IMG/VR virus record: IMGVR_UViG_3300035688_000002
Location: 36,803 to 100,802 of that record
Origin: a virus
Reading direction: 5' to 3' (one strand)
Length of the DNA stretch: 64,000 bases
The notes beneath the pieces are model-generated. The model had not been told where the DNA came from, did no database searches, and saw only the letters and a list, made by a program, of their open reading frames with translations. Positions 1-8,904 of this stretch are shown here, piece by piece (the stretch's first letter is position 1; every line of letters starts with the position of its first letter). The translations under genes and the position numbers were made by a program.

Positions 1-575
1 ACTCTCTGTTTGAGCAGATAGAGCTTCGTAAATCGAAAAACATTGTCAACTTTCTCTACTTCTGCCACAAACTGGATTTCATTCGGGGCTGAGAGCCTTG
101 AGTAATAGAGTAGCTCTTCGAATATCCTTCGCCCTATGAAAACCTTCCACTTTATTTCTGGGGGAGCTGGTTTTCTAGTCTTATCCTCTGCCTTAGCGGC
201 TAACTCTCCACCTCTGACGACTTCATGCTTCATACAGGCCGGTGTGTCAGGACTGATAAACTTGCCTGTTGACTTATGAAACATGGGAGATAAGGGATTG
301 ATGCATTTTACACAATTCTCTGTAGCACTCAAACAGCCATAGCAAGTCAGTCGTCCCTCCCTCTCCTCTACAGAGACTTGAGTCTGAGACGCTCTTTTGG
401 CGATTACCGAGCCTTTTCTCGCTTCGCAAGCAGGATTCCCTTCCATTCTCATAAATCTGTAATTCTTGCTTAGTCTGTAGTTACAGATGCTGAAATTGTG
501 TCCTCCCCTGAGCTCTTTGACGAGATCATGACAGTCCCCGCAAACCCAAATCTTCTCGGTTTCTTGCTTTTTCAT
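1..575 (-). CDS. Putative JAB/MPN-family (iso)peptidase with two N-terminal Cys-rich repeats; truncated by window edge
   Basis: Manual translation from the ATG at 575 (ATGA overlap with the E1 stop) is open to base 1: MKKQETEKIWVCGDCH..ICNYRLS..NPACE..TCYGC..KCINPLS..TPACMKH..KWKVFIGRRIFEELLYYSRLSAPNEIQFVAEVEKVDNVFRFTKLYLLKQRV. The last ~50 aa resemble the JAB N-terminal strand-helix-Glu-strand pattern; the HxH..D motif would lie outside the window. Confidence 0.65.
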   Translation of the reverse strand, partial: MKKQETEKIWVCGDCHDLVKELRGGHNFSICNYRLSKNYRFMRMEGNPACEARKGSVIAKRASQTQVSVEEREGRLTCYGCLSATENCVKCINPLSPMFHKSTGKFISPDTPACMKHEVVRGGELAAKAEDKTRKPAPPEIKWKVFIGRRIFEELLYYSRLSAPNEIQFVAEVEKVDNVFRFTKLYLLKQR

Positions 576-1297
576 TTTCCCTCCTTACCCTTACCGACCC
601 TCAATTTCATTATCGATAAATCTGCCATAGAAACAGCAAGGTCATATACAAATTTCCCATCTTTGAGAAAGCCTCTCACTTGGCGTGCAATGACTGCGGC
701 TATGGCAAAACCCACATCGATTATAGCTCTCCCAGTACATGGAAGCTTGGCGCTGTCCTTGTCTTCAAAGAGATTTGTTTCATACCACTGATGCTGAAAG
801 ATGTCTTGAATGGGACGGATTGTCAAGATTCTGAACTCTTGGCCTCCCATACGGCCATCAATGAGCAATTCAATCTTCGGATTTGGTTTCACTGCTTCCC
901 AAACCTGCTGTCTAACTTTCATTGTGTCAACGGCTGTTATCACTATTCCACTCAGTGGATCTGTTGGCTCCCACATTTTCTCTTTCGGCTTTATTGTGAT
1001 GCCTGTAAGTTGCCGAGCAAGAGACGCTAAGGCTTTCACTTTCGATATTCCCACTGCCTTTACAAGATGGAGTTGATTCGGCACATTGTGAACTTCCACA
1101 TTGTCTCCGTCCCAGACAGTTATCTTTGAAAGCCCCAGTTTTGCGAGAGCCACTGTCGTAAAGGAGCCTATTCCACCAGCTCCAATAACATGGACTTCGC
1201 ACCGATCATGTTGGTCTGGGTCAAAAAAGTCCAACTGCCTCAAATAAGTGCTTTCCTTGCCTTCATTGTTTTTTGTCTCTTCTCTTGTTTCACTCAT
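572..1297 (-). CDS. ThiF/E1-like ubiquitin-like-protein activating enzyme
   Basis: N-terminal RQ, Rossmann GAGGIGS, DGDNVEVHNVPNQ, SKV, AVDT..R, IDGRMGG; no CxxC zinc motifs, a single Cys in the crossover-loop region (LPCT). Confidence 0.92.
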   Translation of the reverse strand: MSETREETKNNEGKESTYLRQLDFFDPDQHDRCEVHVIGAGGIGSFTTVALAKLGLSKITVWDGDNVEVHNVPNQLHLVKAVGISKVKALASLARQLTGITIKPKEKMWEPTDPLSGIVITAVDTMKVRQQVWEAVKPNPKIELLIDGRMGGQEFRILTIRPIQDIFQHQWYETNLFEDKDSAKLPCTGRAIIDVGFAIAAVIARQVRGFLKDGKFVYDLAVSMADLSIMKLRVGKGKEGK

Positions 1298-1509
1298 TTC
1301 TCTCCCTTTAACATCCGATTTATAATTTCTAAGCGACTCGCACCAAATTTTTCATACATCTCAAACTGAGCTATTATGTTTCTTAGTTCCTCTATCTGCT
1401 TGAGTATGCGCTCTCTATCTCTTTCAAATGCAACCTTTAGAGTTTTTAGAGTGGGTAGGTCAAACGAGCGATAAACTTCCTCCAGCCCCTTGTCTTTCTG
1501 ATTAGCCAT
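1294..1509 (-). CDS. Small helical/coiled-coil protein inside the Ubl operon
   Basis: 71 aa; overlaps both the E2 stop region and the E1 start. Confidence 0.7.
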   Translation of the reverse strand: MANQKDKGLEEVYRSFDLPTLKTLKVAFERDRERILKQIEELRNIIAQFEMYEKFGASRLEIINRMLKGEK

Positions 1510-2947
1510 TGTTTCTCTCCCTCGGAGCCCTCTCGCCCTTAGGGTGGACGTAAGTTGTCATGCTCCGATGCACATTGCGAAACAGGGACTCTATCTCAGT
1601 GAATTTATCATGAGGATTGTATGAACAAATAAAATTCCAGATAAGATGGGCTAAAAGCGCCCAATTCCATTCGACAAAGAGCTTCTCAATTCCAGGTCTA
1701 AGAGTCCCCCAACAAATAGTCTGTCCATCTCTGCCACTCACATGGGGATGCTGTCTCTCTGAGCCTAGCCCAAAATCAAGATTGATGATTTTAACTTGCC
1801 CTCTCTCCACTCCTATATTGAGCCAAACCCTGTATTTCCCTAGGTTCCAGAGCTTTCTGTCATAATCTACAACTGCGTCAACAGTGTCATAAACGAGCCA
1901 AGAATCAGTCATCGTCAGTGCTGTGATGAAGGGAAATCCTCGGATTGTGTCTATTTGTTCCTGGAGTTGCTGACCCAGTTTGTTACGTCTTTCAGCAACA
2001 GAAACATCGAGCAGCTTGGATGTCGCTACGAGCTTCGCTTCAACCTCTATGAGGGAGTTTATGTATTCATCAAGACGATCAGCTATGGTTTCCTTGGGCG
2101 GAGCAAAAAATGCATTTATTTTCTCTTCAAAGACTGTATTAAACTGTGCTGGGTCTCCACCAAATAATCTTGCATAGACACGAAAGAGACGAAACCTCGA
2201 TTTCCTGCTCTGATCAGTTTCAAACTCTGCTTTTAACTCAGGAAGCCTTTTTAAGAGCAATTTCTCTACCTGATACACTCCGGCTGCCTTTCTTATCGCC
2301 TCCGTCAAGTCTCTATGACGGACGCTCAATTCATTGAGTGTATTTTGAACCTGTAAGTTTATCTGGCCCGTTCTTGTCATAAGTAGCGTGAGCATTTTAT
2401 CCGTAATTTCATCTCGAATCTGTATCTGTTGCAACTTCTGTCTGACTTCTGCCTCAGTCTTTTTAGCTGCCACCGTCCCTCTTGAGCCCATCCTTTTCAT
2501 TGTCTCCGTCTCAATCATTATCTCTCCCTGGTCACTGATTCCTATGTCACCTCCAGCAGAGGCAGACGGACGGCGGGACACCCTGCCTCTGATTCTGTTT
2601 AAAGCAACTCTCATTTCACTTCGAGTTCTCGCATTGTGTGCCTCATCAGGGACTGCAACTCTGTCTCTCCAAGGGGCAGGCACGGAATCAATCAAGGGAG
2701 GCCCTGGAACCTGCTCATCTGGCAATTCAGGGGATACTTCTTCGCCTCTCCTACGCACAATCCCGCTGACACCTGCTATCCTGGCCTGGTTTAAGAATCT
2801 CTCTTCGTCTTCGCGAGCAACAAAAATTGCATCTGCCTCTTGGGCTGGTGCGACAAGGAGGTTCCCATAGTGCATGATGCTCCTTAGGAACTGATCGCGG
2901 GTGCCTTCGATTATCTCGTAGATGACCCAACCAGGGCGTGCAGACAT
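1502..2947 (-). CDS. Coiled-coil protein with C-terminal prokaryotic E2/UBC-like domain
   Basis: C-terminal LGKYRVWL..QHPHVSGRDGQTICWGTL..NFICSYNPHD matches the E2 HPH/HPN..IC active-site pattern; long central heptad-rich helical region. Confidence 0.8.
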   Translation of the reverse strand: MSARPGWVIYEIIEGTRDQFLRSIMHYGNLLVAPAQEADAIFVAREDEERFLNQARIAGVSGIVRRRGEEVSPELPDEQVPGPPLIDSVPAPWRDRVAVPDEAHNARTRSEMRVALNRIRGRVSRRPSASAGGDIGISDQGEIMIETETMKRMGSRGTVAAKKTEAEVRQKLQQIQIRDEITDKMLTLLMTRTGQINLQVQNTLNELSVRHRDLTEAIRKAAGVYQVEKLLLKRLPELKAEFETDQSRKSRFRLFRVYARLFGGDPAQFNTVFEEKINAFFAPPKETIADRLDEYINSLIEVEAKLVATSKLLDVSVAERRNKLGQQLQEQIDTIRGFPFITALTMTDSWLVYDTVDAVVDYDRKLWNLGKYRVWLNIGVERGQVKIINLDFGLGSERQHPHVSGRDGQTICWGTLRPGIEKLFVEWNWALLAHLIWNFICSYNPHDKFTEIESLFRNVHRSMTTYVHPKGERAPRERNNG

Positions 2948-2962
2948 TCTCTACCTCTCACC

Positions 2963-3292
2963 TTAGATACCGGCCGAGAAACGCTTGATGGCCACAACAG
3001 CATCACCGTTGCGGACACGAGTAGCAAGATCGGCTGGCATAGAATTAACGAAATACTGATTCGTAGGGTCTCCTGAGACAGCGCCCCGCTCAATCAATTG
3101 AGCAAGGGACTGTGTCTCTTCTGGACCCAGTTGAATCCAAGAAGGCGGACGCCCAAACTCCATGATTCTGACTCTGTCACCAGGAACCTGCCTGGCTTCC
3201 TCTTCTGTTTCGACCTCAGCGGGCGGACGGTCTCTGAATCTTTCAATTGCGCCACCCTCTCTCCGTCTCTCTCTTTCTTCTCTTTCATTCAT
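2963..3292 (-). CDS. Ubiquitin-like (beta-grasp, ThiS/MoaD-like) protein with E/R-rich N-terminal extension, ending FSAG-I
   Basis: YFVNSMPADLATRVRNGDAVVAIKRFSAGI matches the Ubl vNg..a.l...l..GD.v pattern; GAGGAG RBS upstream. Confidence 0.8.
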   Translation of the reverse strand: MNEREERERRREGGAIERFRDRPPAEVETEEEARQVPGDRVRIMEFGRPPSWIQLGPEETQSLAQLIERGAVSGDPTNQYFVNSMPADLATRVRNGDAVVAIKRFSAGI

Positions 3293-3318
3293 TTTCTTTT
3301 CTCCTCTCTGAAAGAAAT

Positions 3319-3341
3319 ATTATCACCGTCTGTTACATTTC
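3319..3341 (-). promoter_or_regulatory. Promoter-like motif GAAA-N13-GATAAT upstream of the Ubl operon
   Basis: Minus strand GAAA tgtaacagacggt GATAAT; one of 11 copies. Confidence 0.7.
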
Positions 3342-3343
3342 CT

Positions 3344-3703
3344 CTAATTGGTTCTCCCCTTCCCTGAGTCCAGATTCTTCCAGGCTCTTGCATCTTTCGC
3401 CAGCATCGCCAGGAGTGAACCGGAATCGGTCTCGAAGTGTCTCTCTCCTATTTTCTTTACTGTCTCTGTTATGAGCGCTTCAAAATTTACGAAAGACACA
3501 GAGAGGAAAATTTCTATCCCTGTCACCATTGCCTCAACGATATTCAAAATTTCCATCTCATTCGTAGGGAGAGGCTCAAAATCCAACTTAGATTTGAGAT
3601 TTGTCATAACCCGACGGTATAAGGCAAGCACATAGATGCCCCTCTCCAACGGGGTAAGGTCTTTTAACTCCATCAAGCTATTCTCCATCATCGACCCAGA
3701 CAT
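3344..3703 (-). CDS. Hypothetical protein
   Basis: 119-aa ORF in the operon run. Confidence 0.6.
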   Translation of the reverse strand: MSGSMMENSLMELKDLTPLERGIYVLALYRRVMTNLKSKLDFEPLPTNEMEILNIVEAMVTGIEIFLSVSFVNFEALITETVKKIGERHFETDSGSLLAMLAKDARAWKNLDSGKGRTN

Positions 3704-4256
3704 AGGGCTCAGTTCTATAAGCGTTCCAGATTTTTACGGCTTCTGATATCTCCATCTCTCGTCTCACTATAGTCGAAAAAGCCTTGAAATTCTCTGTAAG
3801 GAAGGCTGCCTGCAATGCGAGAAGTTTGGGATTTCTAATTAGACACCTGAGTGCCATCTCTCCTCCAAACAAAAAGGTCGACTTCCCCCATTTTACTACG
3901 TTGTATAGCACAACTGGGCACCGTTCACAGCCTCCACCAAAAGTGTGGGTCAAATTACACCATGGATTCAAAGAGGGAATCACAAAAAGCTCCTTTATCT
4001 GCCAGAGATGTGTGCGTGCAGCCCTGAGTGTGGCAATCCGATATGCACAGGCCCAGCGAATAAGATCGAGCCACACTGTCTTGGTTATCTCAAAATCTCG
4101 ATCACAGGGCTTTAAAAACTGTTTCATAAGCATTTCTCTATAAGCCCTAATGAACGATGCCAAGGCAGGCTTGGAATCTACATCCGTGCAGAAAGCGTCG
4201 CTACTAACGAGAACATCGCTCATAGAAAGCTTCAGCTCTTTCTCTCTTTGTTCCAT
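3678..4256 (-). CDS. Hypothetical protein with Cys cluster (PWC..CERCP..C)
   Basis: 192-aa ORF directly after a promoter motif. Confidence 0.65.
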   Translation of the reverse strand: MEQREKELKLSMSDVLVSSDAFCTDVDSKPALASFIRAYREMLMKQFLKPCDRDFEITKTVWLDLIRWACAYRIATLRAARTHLWQIKELFVIPSLNPWCNLTHTFGGGCERCPVVLYNVVKWGKSTFLFGGEMALRCLIRNPKLLALQAAFLTENFKAFSTIVRREMEISEAVKIWNAYRTEPYVWVDDGE

Positions 4257-4279
4257 GTTCTTCTCTCTCAGATATAAAG

Positions 4280-4302
4280 ATTATCTAAGCCCTCATTTTT
4301 TC
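4280..4302 (-). promoter_or_regulatory. Promoter-like motif GAAA-N13-GATAAT
   Basis: GAAA aaatgagggctta GATAAT CTTTATA. Confidence 0.7.
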
Positions 4303-4943
4303 TTGGAGCGTTCGACTTTGATTCTGGGTGAAATGAACCTCATCCCTTCGTATTTCATTATCAGATTGGAAACATCAGACTCTATGTTCCTTCTTTCCTT
4401 CTGCCATGCAGAAATAGGGACAACAAGCACTAATTCCACATACTCTGCTCCTGTCTCTTGTGGCAGTCCCCCTTTCTTGTCAATTAAATCCTCAATATCC
4501 ACAGAGGCTACAGATTCCTGCTGCCATCTCTTAAGGTCTTCGATCTCTTCTGGATTGTATGCAATCACTATCGCCCCGCCTTCCTGTTCCATTTCCTCAA
4601 TCCTTTTAATCAAGAGAGCGTAATCCCAAGAAGCGAATTCAGCGATGCGATTGTCAATAATGGCATAGGCAGAGTATTCGCGAGGCTCTATATCAAGAAG
4701 AATTGAGGGAATCTGCTTCTCTCCAAGCCTTTTATAGGCTTCAAGTCTGGCATATCCTGCTACTAAGGTAGAGTCACTCTTCGAGAGCAATACCGGCTGA
4801 GTGAAGCCATAGACTTTGATTGACTCCATCAGCTCCTGAATCTCCCTCTCTGGGTGTAATCTTGGATTCTCAAAGACTTTGATTGATTCAATATCAATCA
4901 GCTCAACCTTTCTCCCGTGTTGTCTTACTCTCGTTTCATCCAC
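4293..4943 (-). CDS. ParB/Srx N-terminal domain protein
   Basis: NPRLH..L.ESI..YGFTQPV..LVAGYARLEA..LG..IP..DNRIAE..WD. Confidence 0.85.
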   Translation of the reverse strand: MDETRVRQHGRKVELIDIESIKVFENPRLHPEREIQELMESIKVYGFTQPVLLSKSDSTLVAGYARLEAYKRLGEKQIPSILLDIEPREYSAYAIIDNRIAEFASWDYALLIKRIEEMEQEGGAIVIAYNPEEIEDLKRWQQESVASVDIEDLIDKKGGLPQETGAEYVELVLVVPISAWQKERRNIESDVSNLIMKYEGMRFISPRIKVERSKKK

Positions 4944-5105
4944 TTTCCCTCCTCTCTCTTGGAATTTTTAACTTAGGCCAGAGCGTTATTTTCTTTGTAT
5001 TCGGGTCCCTTACGACCTTCTCAGCGTCTTCCATCATGTCATTAATAGAGTCATAATGACGACGCTCCTTCGTCCCATTATGTCTTTCAATATCCATTTC
5101 ATTCT

Positions 5106-5327
5106 CTATCGAGATGGCGCTTCTGGCTGAGGCCCACCTGATTTGGCTTTGCTCAGTAGTGTGAGTCGCTGCTCATCAAACCAAACCCAATCCTTGGGTT
5201 TGTCATCTTTTAACTTTGTAGAAAGGACAGCAACAGACACACATCCATAGAGATACTCTGTCCTTCCCATCACGACGCCCGTGAAACCAGTAATTTTGTC
5301 TTTAACCTTTTGACCGAGTTTAATCAT
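5106..5327 (-). CDS. Conserved phage hypothetical protein (SH3/KOW-like)
   Basis: MIKLGQKVKDKITGFTGVV..YLYGC..WFDEQRL; AAGGAGG RBS supports the start at 5327. Confidence 0.75.
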   Translation of the reverse strand: MIKLGQKVKDKITGFTGVVMGRTEYLYGCVSVAVLSTKLKDDKPKDWVWFDEQRLTLLSKAKSGGPQPEAPSR

Positions 5328-5472
5328 ACTTTCCTCCTTAAAATCAAGAAAGTAAATCTTTGCTAAGGGAGCACCGCGCTTTAAGTATTTAAACTTCACC
5401 CTAAGCAATCCCTCAAACACCCTTGCCTCCCACCCTCCGCCTTAATGGCGGCTCTCTTCCGAAGCCCGAGTC

Positions 5473-5814
5473 TTATGTCGTTGGATTTGCGATTTTGAAG
5501 AAGCCGTTAGCAACTGCCCAGACAAGGATTGAATAAATGACAAATGGGATTGTTGACCAACCAGCAGAACTGAAATAGAGTGCTGTAGCAATGATCGAAA
5601 CGAGCAGTGAGATAGCAATACCGAGCCATCCTGCTTTGTATCGGAGTGTCTTCTCTATCCAATTCTTTATGATTTGAGTCAATGCTGCCACGCTAAAACC
5701 GCCAGCTCCAGTCACAAGGATTTTCTCAACAATCGCTGTGTTAATCTGTAGGGCAGCTCCAACAAACAGAGTGACTGCCACAATCGCAATTAACAACAAG
5801 ACACTGTTTTTCAT
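5473..5814 (-). CDS. Multi-pass membrane protein, holin-like
   Basis: Four hydrophobic segments; AAGGAGG RBS before the ATG at 5814. Confidence 0.6.
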   Translation of the reverse strand: MKNSVLLLIAIVAVTLFVGAALQINTAIVEKILVTGAGGFSVAALTQIIKNWIEKTLRYKAGWLGIAISLLVSIIATALYFSSAGWSTIPFVIYSILVWAVANGFFKIANPTT

Positions 5815-5824
5815 ATTTGCCTCC

Positions 5825-7804
5825 TTAATGAATAATTTCCTGAGCCTCTCGGCCCAGTAAAATGACAGAATGGTCTCCCTGTTTCTCAACCATTATGACA
5901 TTTTCCGAGGCCAATTGCAGCCCAGGGTCATGTGTAATGACATATATCGCTCTATCTTGACCCCGCTGAGACAGGAGTTCTAAAAGGGCGTCAGTCCCAG
6001 CTTCGTCAAGGTTTTCAAAAACCTCATCAAAGAATTGAACGCTTGTATCTATCCCGCTCTGATAAATGATAAGATCATGCAGGGCTAAAAGCACAATCAC
6101 ATCCACTCGCCTTCGCTCTCCCCCAGAATTCTGAGAGTAACCAACAGAGGAATCGACATCAGCAACCCTAACCTCGAATTTCTCTCTTGTCTCCCCTGCC
6201 TGGGTCATCATCTGGGTGTGAAATGTTATTTTCAAATGACCGTCTGTCAAAAGCCTTGAATATATCTCGGCCGCTTCATCAAGGAAAGGCTTAACAGAGC
6301 TTAAAACTAAGGATTTAATTCCACGATTGCTGAACCCTTCTTCCCAAAAGGCAAGTCCCTCGTGAGAGATTCTTTGGCATAACAGAGCATCCTCATTCAG
6401 AGAGGTTATTTCTGCCTCAGATATCTCTATTTGCTGTTCCCTTTCCAATTTCATCGTAAGAAAGTCATCTCGAACTCTCTGAAGGGAAGCAACAGGCTCA
6501 TTGATCTCTGCTTCGAGACGAGAGAGATCAAGAGTCTTTATACGCAAGGTCTCCCTTCTCTCATCGAGAGTGGAACGCATCAAATCAAACGCGCCCTGGG
6601 CCTCTGCAATGGCCTCCCTCAAGGCTATCATGTGTCCTGAGCTAATGTCAACGGCTCTATTAAGATCCTCAATTGCTGATTGAAACCGAAGGAGATTTGC
6701 TTGAACGACTGCGAGCTCTTGGGAAAATTGTGCCACCAACTGTGCGCCCAACTGTCTCCCTATGGGTCTTTTACAGGTTGGACAGATCATTCTTTGCACA
6801 CTGTAACACTGTTCCGACAGCTTGGCTTCGTTCCTCTTTTCTAAATCGATAAGAGAGATAAAATTTGCGAGTTTCGCTCTCTTTGTATTGAGAACATCTC
6901 TCAAATGACCGGCGTCTCGATCCAGACTTGCCTGTTTTGCATGAATCTCCGTTTGTGTTTCTAAAGCTTGGCTGAGCAAGACCTCTGCCGCTGTTACTCC
7001 TTCCCTTGCCTTAACAATCCGCCAATGCCTTGGCGGCGTATCTCTTGCCTCAGAAATTCTCTTTTCATAACCTCCAATCCGACAAGAGAGATCCTGAACG
7101 AAAACCCGATTTTCATTGATTCGTGCCTGCTTGGTAACTATCTGCATCCCTATCGAAGAGTTTAACTCCTCATAAGTCTTTGCCAGCTTCTTGGCCCTCA
7201 TCCAGGCATCACCAGTCCATCCCAGAGCCAGGATTTCATCAAGAATCTCCTTTTTCTCATTGTCAGAGGCCTGCACAAAACGATGAGGGAGACCCTGCCC
7301 AAAGGTTACAGAATTTTTGAAAATATCATAAGAGAAACCCAGAATCTCACAGATGCGCTTCTCTGTCTCCCTGACTGAGCTTCCACTCAAATCTGCTCGT
7401 GGCTCACTGAGTCGCTCAAGAAAGACTCCCGTAACAGAAGGCTCGCCTATGCTTGAAACCCAATTTCTTACTCTGAGGACTGAATAACGTGTTTCACCCT
7501 GCTTAAAAAGCACACATACCCAACAGCCACCAGATCCTGTGGTTCTTATTACTTCGTCGGCTGCCATTCCTCTAAGAGTCCTGCCAAAAAGACAAAATGT
7601 CAGAGCTTCTATGATGGCACTCTTACCAACACCGTTAGTAGCTTCTTCCTGTCCCTGCGTCCTGCCCTGAATAAAAAACAGACCCCTCTCAGCAAAGGGA
7701 AAGACAACATTCTCAAAGCACATAAACTGTCGCATTTCGACAGACTCAAAGACAATTCCCATTCTCTGTATCACTCCTGATACAGCTTTTCGAGCTGTTC
7801 GCAA
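5825..7804 (-). CDS. SbcC/Rad50 (T4 gp46-like) SMC-type ATPase
   Basis: Walker A NGVGKS, Q-loop FGQG, zinc hook CPTC, signature SGGE, Walker B FFDEVFENLD, H-loop ITH; true start probably at MGIVFES. Confidence 0.92.
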   Translation of the reverse strand: MRTARKAVSGVIQRMGIVFESVEMRQFMCFENVVFPFAERGLFFIQGRTQGQEEATNGVGKSAIIEALTFCLFGRTLRGMAADEVIRTTGSGGCWVCVLFKQGETRYSVLRVRNWVSSIGEPSVTGVFLERLSEPRADLSGSSVRETEKRICEILGFSYDIFKNSVTFGQGLPHRFVQASDNEKKEILDEILALGWTGDAWMRAKKLAKTYEELNSSIGMQIVTKQARINENRVFVQDLSCRIGGYEKRISEARDTPPRHWRIVKAREGVTAAEVLLSQALETQTEIHAKQASLDRDAGHLRDVLNTKRAKLANFISLIDLEKRNEAKLSEQCYSVQRMICPTCKRPIGRQLGAQLVAQFSQELAVVQANLLRFQSAIEDLNRAVDISSGHMIALREAIAEAQGAFDLMRSTLDERRETLRIKTLDLSRLEAEINEPVASLQRVRDDFLTMKLEREQQIEISEAEITSLNEDALLCQRISHEGLAFWEEGFSNRGIKSLVLSSVKPFLDEAAEIYSRLLTDGHLKITFHTQMMTQAGETREKFEVRVADVDSSVGYSQNSGGERRRVDVIVLLALHDLIIYQSGIDTSVQFFDEVFENLDEAGTDALLELLSQRGQDRAIYVITHDPGLQLASENVIMVEKQGDHSVILLGREAQEIIH

Positions 7805-8904
7805 ACAGAATCTTCGTCAAAGACGCCTTCCCTCGCTAACATAAGCCCCACTCTATAGAGCCGCTCAGCTTGGACGGACGATGAAGGAAGCAGAAATTTG
7901 CTTCCGACATACGATCTAAGCAACTCAGTTCTCTCCGCCTGTGGAATAACTGCGGCTCTCTCAGCATCTTGAGATTGAGGTTTTTTGTAAATGATAATGC
8001 TTCTTGCACCCACTTCGGGTGGCAGACTAGCTATGACTTGTCTCCTAAGGTCTCTATTGCTCGTTAAAATTCTATAATAATCAAGAACATTAAATGAAAA
8101 GTCCGGATTCTCATCTAAATCAACAGTCTTGAAAAGCGGATGATAAAAGGGAATTTCTATTACTTCATTATGATCATCCAATAGATTTACATCCCAGACC
8201 GCACCAGAAAGACCCTCATCAGAGAAACTGTGTGGAGAACAGGTTCCTGGGACTAAAACACGCTCAAAAAGGCGAGACTCATGATAATGTCCCACAATTG
8301 AAAAAGAGAAACGTCTGGCTAAAAAGCGAGGGTCAAGCCCCCTTTCCACCCTCATGTTGCCCCTCAGCCATGAACCTTGAACGTCCCCGTGTGTCAGCAA
8401 AATTTTTGAATCCATCCTTGAATAAACACGATTTGCAACTGACTCGATCGCTTGCTGTAATGCCGTCTGTTCCTGCGTTGGAATACATAGGAATAGCCAA
8501 TTTCCCATCCGGACTATACCATCATGATAAAAGCCTCTCTGACCGGCAAAAGCTTCCATTTCATTAATGACACTGCCAGGGTGACTTACAGTCTCAGAGA
8601 ACACCGAAAGTGAAGAATACCCAGAGCGAGTAATATCATGCGTCCCTGAACAGGCTATCAAAGGCTTTCTGAGATGAGAAAGAATGGCTTTGGCTTTCGA
8701 CACGGAAACGACATCCACTCTCGTCTTTTCCTGAAAGAAGTCACCTGCACAAAGAACAGCGTCATATTGGGGCTGATTCCCTATCTCCACTATTTCATTC
8801 CATCTCTCAAGGACTTCGAGCCTCCGTGAATTATCCCCTCTTGAATAAGTGGCAAAGGCTCTAAATGGATGAAGATGCAAACAAGAAAAGACTAACACTC
8901 TCAT
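7771..8904 (-). CDS. SbcD/Mre11 (T4 gp47-like) metallophosphoesterase nuclease
   Basis: SCLHLH, AGDFF, GTHD, LLTH, GHYH, PGT motifs; adjacent to SbcC. Confidence 0.88.
   Translation of the reverse strand: MRVLVFSCLHLHPFRAFATYSRGDNSRRLEVLERWNEIVEIGNQPQYDAVLCAGDFFQEKTRVDVVSVSKAKAILSHLRKPLIACSGTHDITRSGYSSLSVFSETVSHPGSVINEMEAFAGQRGFYHDGIVRMGNWLFLCIPTQEQTALQQAIESVANRVYSRMDSKILLTHGDVQGSWLRGNMRVERGLDPRFLARRFSFSIVGHYHESRLFERVLVPGTCSPHSFSDEGLSGAVWDVNLLDDHNEVIEIPFYHPLFKTVDLDENPDFSFNVLDYYRILTSNRDLRRQVIASLPPEVGARSIIIYKKPQSQDAERAAVIPQAERTELLRSYVGSKFLLPSSSVQAERLYRVGLMLAREGVFDEDSVCEQLEKLYQE

Noticed and set aside
572-1297. ThiF/MoeB for thiamine or molybdopterin synthesis
   Set aside because: No pathway genes are nearby, the CxxC zinc motifs are absent, and the neighbours are E2- and JAB-like. 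Not formally excluded.
5330-5470. Possible further structured RNA between the holin-like gene and 5106-5327
   Set aside because: Pairing relies heavily on G-U pairs and short stems; too weak to call by eye.
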